Shown one piece after another: positions 56,319 to 64,000 of a DNA stretch of 64,000 nt. Made by a program: the position numbers and the translations under genes. How positions within the stretch are numbered: the stretch's first letter is position 1; every line of letters begins with the position of its first letter. Under the pieces are notes generated by a model. It saw only the letters and a list, made by a program, of their open reading frames with translations. It was not told the origin of the DNA and searched no databases. Source of the DNA: Deltaproteobacteria bacterium (GTDB taxonomy: Bacteria > Myxococcota_A > Polyangia > Fen-1088); NCBI GenBank assembly GCA_033763315.1, contig JANRKS010000032.1:128001-192000 (forward strand), in the 5' to 3' direction.

Positions 56319-57251
56319 TTATTCCGATGTGGCTGATGTTGTGGGGGGTGGCTGGGGCTCGCCGTGCACGGCGCCCACCACGCGTTCGATGCCCGCCAAG
56401 TCTTTTAGAACAAACGGCGATGTGAACCCCGCTTTTTCGCACAATTCGGCTACTGACCCCGCCTGGCCTTGCCCCAGTTCAAGCAGCACCATGCCCCCGG
56501 GGCACAGCCATGCAGGTGCCTGTGACAGCAGCGTGCGGATGAGATCCAGTCCATCGGCGCCTCCGTCCAAGGCGCTCAAGGGCTCTCGACGCACTTCGGG
56601 CGCCAGCGCGGCAATGTCTGCCGTGGGAATGTACGGCAGGTTGGCCAGGATCAAATCGAATGGCTGTGGCTCTGCCTTATCAGCTAGCGGCGCCAGCAGA
56701 TCGCCTTGCAGGAACGATACGCTTACCTGGTTCCGTGCCGCATTTTCTTGGGCCACCACCAGTGCGGCTTCGTGTTTATCGATGGCCACCACCTGCGCCA
56801 GCGGCCGGGCCTTGGCCACGCTGATCGCGATCGCGCCCGATCCTGTGCCCACGTCCAACACACGGCGTGCTTCGTCTTTGGGCAAGCGTTCAAGCGCCGC
56901 TTCCACCAGCGTCTCCGTATCAGGGCGGGGCACCAAAACGTTGGCGTTCACTTTGAAAGGCAGCCCCCAAAATTCCTTTTCACCGGTAATGTAAGCCACT
57001 GATTCGCCTTCTTGGCGTCGGCGCACCACCTCACGGATCTGGGTCAGCTGTTCCGCCGTCAGCAGGTCGGTTGATCGCGTGTAAAGCTCGATGCGTTTGG
57101 CGCCAAGGGCGTGCGCGATCAACAGCTCGGCGTCAAGCCGAGGCGAGGCCAGGCCACGTTCAGCAAACCGCTGCGTGGTCCACCCCAGAACTTCTAGGAT
57201 GGTCCAGTCGCGGCGTCGCTGTGATGAAGGTTCAGACACGGCCGGCATCAT
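56319..57251 (-). CDS. prmC: Release factor glutamine methyltransferase
   Basis: RLDAELL, AYITG.KEFWG, VLVPRPDTE.LV, LDVGTGSGAI, NLPY, EP..ALDGG.DGL. Confidence 0.97.
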   Translation of the reverse strand: MMPAVSEPSSQRRRDWTILEVLGWTTQRFAERGLASPRLDAELLIAHALGAKRIELYTRSTDLLTAEQLTQIREVVRRRQEGESVAYITGEKEFWGLPFKVNANVLVPRPDTETLVEAALERLPKDEARRVLDVGTGSGAIAISVAKARPLAQVVAIDKHEAALVVAQENAARNQVSVSFLQGDLLAPLADKAEPQPFDLILANLPYIPTADIAALAPEVRREPLSALDGGADGLDLIRTLLSQAPAWLCPGGMVLLELGQGQAGSVAELCEKAGFTSPFVLKDLAGIERVVGAVHGEPQPPPTTSATSE

Positions 57252-57430
57252 GCACTTGTGCGGCCCGCAGGGGGAAGTCCCGGTGGATGCAAATCCTCAC
57301 GTAACCGGCGCCGCAAAACCTTGGGCTTGCGCTGGTATGGGCGCATTTTCTCCTGGCGCAACGCAGCGGAGGCCGCGCTCAAGGGCATTTCGCTTTTTAG
57401 GCCGATGGCATTTGGGGACTGCCACGAAGT

Positions 57431-58321
57431 TTACGGACGCTTCACGTCACAGTTCTGGTGCAGAAAGTTGATCGATTCTTCTGCCAAGAGTTCCTCGGTC
57501 TCAAACGTTCGCCGCCAAATGCACGTTGCAGCGGCGAGGTCGGGCAACCGCATACCGAAAGCTTCTACGGTCAGCCAACCGCTGTACCCTAGCGTTCTTA
57601 AGGCCGAAAATGTTTTGGACCAATGAACTTGGCCGCGACCCGGTATGCCCCGATCCGATTCCGAAATGTGAACGTGTGCAAGCCTGGGTGCGGCTTTGGC
57701 TATCGCGCGAGCGACGTCCTGTTCCTCAATGTGTGCGTGAAACGTGTCATACATCAGGCGGCAATTTGGGTGGTTTACGTCTTCTACAAACCGCAGGCCA
57801 TCCGCGACCGTGTTGAACAAGTAAGACTCGAAACGGTTCAGTGGTTCATATGCCAAAACCACATTGGCTTCTTGTGCAACTTCACACGCCGCACGTGCTG
57901 ATTCTGTGGCCCACCGCCATTCGTTCGCGTTTGCGGGTCGACCAACAACGCCCAACGCGGCTTGCTGGGGGCCCACCAATAAGCGTGCTCCAAGGCAAGC
58001 GCACGATTCGATGATCGCAGCCAGGTGTTCGTGGCCGGCGGCGCGAACCCCTGCGTCGGAAGAAATGGGATCAAATTCAGGGCGCCGAATCGAAACCACT
58101 GTGCGCTCGAGGCCCAAGTTGTCGAGGTGTTGCCCAAGACGTTTGTAGGCCTTTTCATCGGGATCGAGGACCGGTACTTCGACGCCATCGTATCCCATGG
58201 ATTTGATGCGTTCAAACAAAGGCAAGTACGTCTCGCCGCGAACATCCGTTGCCCACAAAAGCAAGTTCAAGCCGAACTTCGGTGTGGTCCCAGCACCACG
58301 CAACAGATCACTGCTAGCCAT
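57431..58321 (-). CDS. D-tagatose/psicose 3-epimerase-family sugar epimerase
   Basis: GYDGVE, EPLNRFE, YDTFHAHIEE, HVHISESDRGIPG.G, EAF. Confidence 0.9.
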   Translation of the reverse strand: MASSDLLRGAGTTPKFGLNLLLWATDVRGETYLPLFERIKSMGYDGVEVPVLDPDEKAYKRLGQHLDNLGLERTVVSIRRPEFDPISSDAGVRAAGHEHLAAIIESCACLGARLLVGPQQAALGVVGRPANANEWRWATESARAACEVAQEANVVLAYEPLNRFESYLFNTVADGLRFVEDVNHPNCRLMYDTFHAHIEEQDVARAIAKAAPRLAHVHISESDRGIPGRGQVHWSKTFSALRTLGYSGWLTVEAFGMRLPDLAAATCIWRRTFETEELLAEESINFLHQNCDVKRP

Positions 58322-58483
58322 GCTGTGCTGTTAGCGCACTTGGGGAGCCAAGACGCTGGTTTACTGCGCATTACCTTCAGCGCAAAATACTTAGAACACC
58401 TCGTTGAAGCAGAGACTTCAAGTGAGGCGCTCATGCGAGCGGCGTGGGTTGTCGAGCCAACCCAGCCCCGTTTTTCCAGTGCG

Positions 58484-59872
58484 CTAAAGCGCTGCCAATC
58501 CACCTGTGCCAACGCGCGCGTCACCCACCGTTTCAACCTTGGCCCCGAAAACGTTGGCAATGGAAGTCAACACTCGGTTGTGCGGAACGGGCTTTGCCCC
58601 GGTGCGCACATTCAAGTAACGTCCGGTTTTGATTGCTCCGCCTGCGCTGCCAAACGTCATCCAAGGCAAATGGTCAACGCTGTGGTTACCGCGGCCTACG
58701 TCCTGTATCCATAAGACAAGGCTGTGGTCGAGCAAGCTCTTGCCATCTGCCTCTTTCACTTCGTCTAGGTAGCCTAGTAGAGATGCGAGAACCTCTGTTT
58801 GCTTGGTGAAGAACGCCTTGATCAGGGCGATGGCACCTGGATCGCGAATGTTGCCGTTAAGGCCATCGGTTTGGTGTGCAAGATCGTGCAAGTCACTAGT
58901 GCCGTACGCGTTCTTCGTATACCCGTAGGCGTCGGGCGCTAACTCGCCCGTGTTCACCACCGCAACACGGGTCAAATCGCAGGCAAAAGCGGCTTGCAGA
59001 TTCCGTAGCTGTGCGTCCATCCGAGGCATCTGGTATTCAGCACCGTCCCCTCCCCAAGGGTTGTGAGGTGTTGTGCCGTAACGCGGATAGGCGGCCACCG
59101 CCTTTTGCGCTGCGGATGTGGAACACGATTTGACAGTGGTTAGACCTAAGCGCATCTCAAGATCGCGAACCGCCTGCGCATGTTGCTCAAGCCGCATTCG
59201 ATCGTCTTTTGGTAAGCGCGCGGCAACTTGCGACATCTCCTTCGCCGAAAAATTGAGTACACTCGCGTCTTGGGCTTGCGATGTATCTGTGCTCGGCTGA
59301 CCAACTGGCTTGGGAAATAGCTTCTTGTAAACCTGTTCGGGATCTCCATCGTTAGAAACGCTCTGACGTGCGCCATACCAGGAAACGGCTGGGCCATCTG
59401 AATTCCGGGAGAGTGACAAAGACGGAATTTTCGTTTGGGGAGACGGCGAGTTAATGGTTTTGACCACAATCTGGTCTAACGAGGGTCCGCCCGCAGCCGC
59501 GGGCCCCGGATCGACCATAGGCATGCCTGTCAACATGTGACACTGTGCCTGCATGTGCGCGTTGCCGCCCGGACCTGTTTGATAGGGGATTGTTTGGATA
59601 CTCAAGCCGTCAAGCACATTCACACGACTGATGAACGGCGTGAGCGAGGCGTGCATGCTGCCGAACTGAAACTTATCCTGGGTCGGTGCGGGAGCTCCGT
59701 TGACGCCCACAGGACGCCACTCAGGCTGATACGTCCCGTGATCCGTACAAAATATGATCAGCCGCTTTGGAATGCCCATCTGCTGTGCCTGTACTCTCCG
59801 TATGTCAGGCAAGAGGAAAGCGGCGGGTGAAAGCGCAAGAGAACTCAACAAACGGCGACGCGTTTTGTCCAT
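58484..59872 (-). CDS. DUF1552 (HXXSHH-family) Tat-exported protein, copy 3
   Basis: TRRRLL, PKRLIIFCTDHG, NAH, GPSLDQ, RLEQH..VRDLE, AFACDLTRV, HDLAH, GNHS. AAGGA SD. Confidence 0.9.
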   Translation of the reverse strand: MDKTRRRLLSSLALSPAAFLLPDIRRVQAQQMGIPKRLIIFCTDHGTYQPEWRPVGVNGAPAPTQDKFQFGSMHASLTPFISRVNVLDGLSIQTIPYQTGPGGNAHMQAQCHMLTGMPMVDPGPAAAGGPSLDQIVVKTINSPSPQTKIPSLSLSRNSDGPAVSWYGARQSVSNDGDPEQVYKKLFPKPVGQPSTDTSQAQDASVLNFSAKEMSQVAARLPKDDRMRLEQHAQAVRDLEMRLGLTTVKSCSTSAAQKAVAAYPRYGTTPHNPWGGDGAEYQMPRMDAQLRNLQAAFACDLTRVAVVNTGELAPDAYGYTKNAYGTSDLHDLAHQTDGLNGNIRDPGAIALIKAFFTKQTEVLASLLGYLDEVKEADGKSLLDHSLVLWIQDVGRGNHSVDHLPWMTFGSAGGAIKTGRYLNVRTGAKPVPHNRVLTSIANVFGAKVETVGDARVGTGGLAAL

Positions 59873-59882
59873 GGGTGTTTCC

Positions 59883-61592
59883 TTATTCAGCTTGCGCTTG
59901 GCGGATACGAAACAAAGGGCTCGTCGCAATGGCGGCCAGTAGTTCTTTGAAGTTCTTGCCGGAGCCATCGAATCGCTTCACGATGGGGAACAGTGAACAC
60001 TCGTCGAGTTGTGTGAATGAGGTCGCAGCCGCGTAAGCGGCCCACTGGCCAGCGATGCAGTCGCGGACGGCAGGACTATCTGCAAGTCGCTCTGACAACT
60101 GAACCGCGCCGTCAAACGGCTCTGCGATAAGCTCGGGAACGGCACCTTTGGCGTTGATCTCTGCGCCGTTCTCCTGCGTGCGAAAACGCCCCAGCGCATC
60201 GTAGTGCTCGAACGCAAACCCAACGCCGTCAATCGCTTCGTGGCAGCCGGCACAGGATGGCCCTATATGCGAGAACTCGAACTTGTCGCGCGTTGTCTCT
60301 ATCTTACGAGTGGTACCTTCCCCCGAGGTAACCGCACCCGCAGGAGGCGGAGGCGGCGCGGAACAAAGCAGGCGGTCGAGTACGAATACCCCGCGAAGGA
60401 CCGGCGCGCTCACGTCTTCGTGAGCGAGAGCTGCCATCAAGCCTGGATGAGTCAGAATTCCAGCGCGTTGGGTTTGGTCCACATCCACGAGGGTCATGGA
60501 CGCTGTACCTTGACCCGCGCCTACGAGGTCCGCGATGTCGCGGTTCACAAAGGTCCTTGGCTCCATCAACAAAGCCTGCAGTGTTTCGGCTTCCCAAAAC
60601 GCATGATCCACAAAGCTGCGCGCCGACGCTTGTAGCGACGTGGCCATTTGAGGTCCAAAACTTGGAAATAGCGTCGCGTCTTTCTTGATCGTCGCAATCT
60701 TCCCCAGTCCTAACCATTGCTCGGTGAAGTGCTCCACGGCTTGTTTGGCGCGAGCGTCGGACAGCATGCGCTTGATCTGCTGATTCAAGACGTCCTGGTT
60801 CAGGAGTTCTTTGGACTCGGCCTTCGAGAAAAGCTCGTCATCAGGCATCGAATCCCACAGGAAGTACGAGAGGCGGCTGGCCAACTCCCACGCGTTGAGC
60901 GCGGTCGTTGGTTCTTCACTGCCCGGGGCTTCCACGCGAAACAGAAATTGTGGCGAGAGCAAAAGCACCTCGACCAGCATCCGCGCCGCAGTCGATGCCC
61001 CAAACTTGCCCACGGAGGCATCGTAGAAGGCAAGGTAACGATCACGTTCACCGTCTTCCAAGGGGCGACGGAACGCACGCTTGCCAAACTCAGACACAAG
61101 CGTGGTGGCACACGTTTTACCTCCGGTGAGAGGCGCGCAACCAATCCATCCCTGCGGATTGGCGAGGGCGGCAGTGGCAATGGCTTTGGCGTTGCTTTTG
61201 AGCGCCTCTACAATGTCGGCGCTAGCCGTTTGAGCCGGCGCAAAGGCATCGTACGAACCTTCCTTGTGCTCCGAGGGCATCGCACTTTGCGGCAGAGATA
61301 CGCCAACAAACAGGTCGCGGATCGTTCGTTCGTACTCGAATTTTGTGAGCCTGGCCAAGGGCGTGGATGCCCTGCCATCACTGTGACATTTCGCATCCAG
61401 CACTCCGTTGCCCTTGCTGGAAGGCTTCACAAAACCGGTGCCGCCATCATCGTCGTCAGCCGGATGTTGCTCGCTCTCGCCAAAGGCTTCGATGTTTCCG
61501 GTACAAGCCGCAAACGAAAGCGTCACGGCCGACAATCCCACCACCGCTGCAGCGCGGACGTAAATGAGCATGACTTTGGAACTCCTAGTCAA
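59883..61592 (-). CDS. DUF1592-family lipoprotein with CxxCH, copy 3
   Basis: FAAC lipobox, RLTKFEYERTIRDL, RAFRRPL, LSPQFLFR, ELASRLSYFLWDSMPD, PVLRG..LLC, CAGCH, FEHYDALGRFR. Confidence 0.92.
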   Translation of the reverse strand: MTRSSKVMLIYVRAAAVVGLSAVTLSFAACTGNIEAFGESEQHPADDDDGGTGFVKPSSKGNGVLDAKCHSDGRASTPLARLTKFEYERTIRDLFVGVSLPQSAMPSEHKEGSYDAFAPAQTASADIVEALKSNAKAIATAALANPQGWIGCAPLTGGKTCATTLVSEFGKRAFRRPLEDGERDRYLAFYDASVGKFGASTAARMLVEVLLLSPQFLFRVEAPGSEEPTTALNAWELASRLSYFLWDSMPDDELFSKAESKELLNQDVLNQQIKRMLSDARAKQAVEHFTEQWLGLGKIATIKKDATLFPSFGPQMATSLQASARSFVDHAFWEAETLQALLMEPRTFVNRDIADLVGAGQGTASMTLVDVDQTQRAGILTHPGLMAALAHEDVSAPVLRGVFVLDRLLCSAPPPPPAGAVTSGEGTTRKIETTRDKFEFSHIGPSCAGCHEAIDGVGFAFEHYDALGRFRTQENGAEINAKGAVPELIAEPFDGAVQLSERLADSPAVRDCIAGQWAAYAAATSFTQLDECSLFPIVKRFDGSGKNFKELLAAIATSPLFRIRQAQAE

Positions 61593-61772
61593 CGTAGCCT
61601 CGGAAAAGCCGCGACCCCGTGGCTTACTCTGCTGCTAAAGACGCGCTTCTGCAGGGGCGGCGCACCCACACATTTGTGCATCAAATGCTTAGTCGGCGCC
61701 TTTTGGTGGGTCTTGCTAACCGTCGACGCGGGTCGCATGACGGGGCTTCGCGTGCCACCACACACGTGACTG

Positions 61773-63263
61773 TTAGGCAAGGTCCATTCGATGAAGGCGC
61801 GCGCCGTCCCGTTCGTCCTCACGTAAGCGGCGTCGCAGCACTTTGCCTCGGTCGTTACGGGGCAGCTCTGGCAACGACACCCAGCTTCTGGGCACTTTGT
61901 ATCCCAACAGGTGCTCGCGCGCGAAAGCCGCAAGCGTCTCGAACAACGCCTGGTCATCCACAGCCGGGGGCTCCAGCACCACGAACGCCCGCGGCTTCAC
62001 AAGCCCATGTTCGTCGGCGTGTGCCACCACCGCGCAATCCTTGATCGCGGGATGCTGGCGCAACACCGCCTCCACTTCCAACGGCGACACATAAAGACCC
62101 GCCACCTTCATCAGGTCGTCGCTGCGCCCCTCGTAATGGTGATAGCCGTCAGCGGTTTTGCGAAACATGTCACCCGTGACCACCCATCCGCCCGGCAAAA
62201 ACACACGCGCCGTGCGTGCTGGATCATCGTGATAACCCACGCCCGCCGAAGGCCCGCGCACCCACAGCAAACCCACATCCCCCGGTGCCACATCCGCACC
62301 GTCTTCTCCCACCACGCGTGTCTCGTAGCCTGGCACCACGCGCCCCAAACACGCCGGACGCACATCGTCGGGCCGGTTGGTGATGTACACGTGGAACATT
62401 TCGGCCGAGCCGATGCCATCCAATAAAGGTGCCGCGTGTTGCGCTTGCCACTTCGCCAAAAGATCGGGCGGCAACGCTTCGCCCGCGGTCACCGCCAACC
62501 GAACGTGTGCGAGAGCCGACTGCTCTTGCGCGGGCAACGCCAAAAGCCGCGCTGTCATCGTGGGCACCGTACAAAAAATCGTGGGCTGGTATTTGGCCGC
62601 CAACGCCAACAGCTCAGGCGCGGGTGCACGTTGCGGGTAAAGCACGCAGCTGCCGCCGACCGCCAACGGAAACAGCAGGTTCATGCCGGTGGCGTAAGGA
62701 AAATGCAGCTTTGAAACCGCCATTGTGCGGTCGTGCTCCGTCAGCCCCAACACACCCTTCGCATAGATCTCGATGTGCGCGATGAAGTCGCCGTGCCGAT
62801 GCATCGCCGCCTTGGCATCGCCCGTTGATCCCGAGGTCAGCAGCCAAAACGCATGTGCGTCGGCTGTGATGGCTTGCGCGTGCGGCAACGGAACGGCTTG
62901 CCCCACATCATGGCGCCAGCGGGGCAAGGCTTGCGTGTCCACCACCACGCGGGCACCTACGTAGGCGGCCACGTCGGCCACGTTCGTGGCCTCAGGATTC
63001 ATCATCACCACCACGCCACCGGCCGCCAGCGTGCCAAACAACACGGCCACGAAGTCAACGCCATCGGGCAGCGCCAACAGCACGCGATCGCCCGTTCGCA
63101 ACCCACGCTGTCTGAGCACGGCGGCGGCGCTCAAGGCGTGCCGCCACACCTGCGCATAAGTGACGTGGCCTTCGGGGGTCACCAACGCCACAGCGTTGCC
63201 ACGCCCCTGCCGCAGGCGTTGGCCAACCACGTAATCGGCCAGATTTATCGCAGCGTCGGTCAT
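61773..63263 (-). CDS. Benzoate-CoA-ligase-family aromatic acid--CoA ligase
   Basis: TSGSTG..K, SKLHFPY, LDGIGSAEMFHVYI, TGD, GRSDDLMKV.G..VSP.EVE, LPRN..GK. Confidence 0.88.
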   Translation of the reverse strand: MTDAAINLADYVVGQRLRQGRGNAVALVTPEGHVTYAQVWRHALSAAAVLRQRGLRTGDRVLLALPDGVDFVAVLFGTLAAGGVVVMMNPEATNVADVAAYVGARVVVDTQALPRWRHDVGQAVPLPHAQAITADAHAFWLLTSGSTGDAKAAMHRHGDFIAHIEIYAKGVLGLTEHDRTMAVSKLHFPYATGMNLLFPLAVGGSCVLYPQRAPAPELLALAAKYQPTIFCTVPTMTARLLALPAQEQSALAHVRLAVTAGEALPPDLLAKWQAQHAAPLLDGIGSAEMFHVYITNRPDDVRPACLGRVVPGYETRVVGEDGADVAPGDVGLLWVRGPSAGVGYHDDPARTARVFLPGGWVVTGDMFRKTADGYHHYEGRSDDLMKVAGLYVSPLEVEAVLRQHPAIKDCAVVAHADEHGLVKPRAFVVLEPPAVDDQALFETLAAFAREHLLGYKVPRSWVSLPELPRNDRGKVLRRRLREDERDGARLHRMDLA

Positions 63264-63271
63264 GCCCGCAT

Positions 63272-63589
63272 TCAACGAATGCGCAGCCGTTCAACCGGCA
63301 CGCCGCCGATGAGATGGCTTTTCACGATTTCGTCCACATCCCCAGGCGTGACTTTGCCGTACCAAGTCTGCTCGGGATAAATGACCACCGTCACTCCGTG
63401 GTCGCATTGGTCCAGGCAGCCGGCGGCGTTCGCGCGCATCGTCGCCCGCAGATCGTTTTCATGCACGGCCTTCTTGAACGCATCCCGCACCTTTTCAGCG
63501 CCTTTGGTGGCGCAGCAGCCCTTAGGGTTGCCTGGGTCACGGCGGTTCGTGCAGATGAAGATGTGTCTTTCGAGGTGGGGCGTACCCAT
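63272..63589 (-). CDS. Thioredoxin-like [2Fe-2S] ferredoxin
   Basis: HIFICTN…KGCC…GCLDQC..G..VVIYPE..WY. Confidence 0.92.
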   Translation of the reverse strand: MGTPHLERHIFICTNRRDPGNPKGCCATKGAEKVRDAFKKAVHENDLRATMRANAAGCLDQCDHGVTVVIYPEQTWYGKVTPGDVDEIVKSHLIGGVPVERLRIR

Positions 63590-63627
63590 GCGGGCAGCCT
63601 AGCACCCGCGCGTTTGCTTCGTGGCGC

Positions 63628-64000
63628 TCAGAAGCGCAGCGCTTTGAGCGTTTTTGCCGAGCGCGTGGCGCAAGCCAGTTGATCTTCGGCTGGGTGGGGA
63701 TCCTCGCGCTCCCAGAAGAAGTGCTGTTCCCCTGGTTGCCCTTGCAGCGCCGCGAACACGCGGCCAAATGGTATGTCGCCATCGCCCACGCAAACCCGTG
63801 CCAGCTCGGGCACCGGCCCACGATCTTTGACGTGAAACAGGGCGAACCGGCCGGGATAGCGGGTCACGTATTGCACGGCGTCCTGGCCGCCTTTGTAGAT
63901 CCAGTAGATATCCAGCTCCATCGAAACCAACGCGGGATCGGTTTCGGTCAACACAGTGTCATAGGGGATCTGCCCCTCGGTCTGCGCGAACTCGATGTCG
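63628..64000 (-). CDS. Sugar phosphate isomerase/epimerase (TIM barrel), C-terminal part, truncated by window edge
   Basis: MELDIYW, RF.LFHVKD, VGDG.IPF, WERE. Confidence 0.8.
   Translation of the reverse strand, partial: DIEFAQTEGQIPYDTVLTETDPALVSMELDIYWIYKGGQDAVQYVTRYPGRFALFHVKDRGPVPELARVCVGDGDIPFGRVFAALQGQPGEQHFFWEREDPHPAEDQLACATRSAKTLKALRF

Noticed and set aside
57262-57320. GGGGAAGTCCCGGTGGATGCAAATCC…CCGCAA resembling a cobalamin riboswitch core
   Set aside because: Spacing is wrong, there is no B12 box, and it lies on the plus strand with no downstream plus-strand gene.
60717-61769. Long antisense ORFs (for example 60717-61769, 13693-14508, 24280-25164, 30181-30963, 32482-33312)
   Set aside because: These are shadow frames opposite well-supported genes, expected in high-GC DNA, and carry no motifs.

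Overview
GC-rich bacterial chromosomal segment whose gene content looks like Myxococcota or a related deltaproteobacterium: Gly/Ser-linker lipoproteins, fibro-slime, EGF and LamG proteins, DUF1592/DUF1552 pairs and a sigma54 activator. The taxonomy is inferred, not proven. About 57 CDS are supported. Housekeeping genes (metK, tyrS, rnhB, hemJ, coaE, engB, rimI, def, gltX, prmC) are interleaved with secreted accessory genes, and no tRNA, rRNA, CRISPR array or intact IS was recognised. The strongest observations are five. (1) One ORF fuses MscL, a CxxC..CxxC zinc ribbon, an internal signal-peptidase-I-type signal peptide and a DUF481-like outer-membrane barrel, making a candidate inner/outer-membrane channel polyprotein. 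(2) There are three divergent copies of the uncharacterised DUF1592 (CxxCH lipoprotein) + DUF1552 (Tat protein) module, each beside carbohydrate-related genes. (3) A RR-propeller kinase-CBM-RR sensing cassette carries twin regulators. (4) TAnnnT boxes recur 6-10 nt before SD-less start codons, suggesting leaderless transcription. (5) A Tat-exported GH1 has an altered catalytic motif. All domain calls are from motif recognition by eye; no searches were run.
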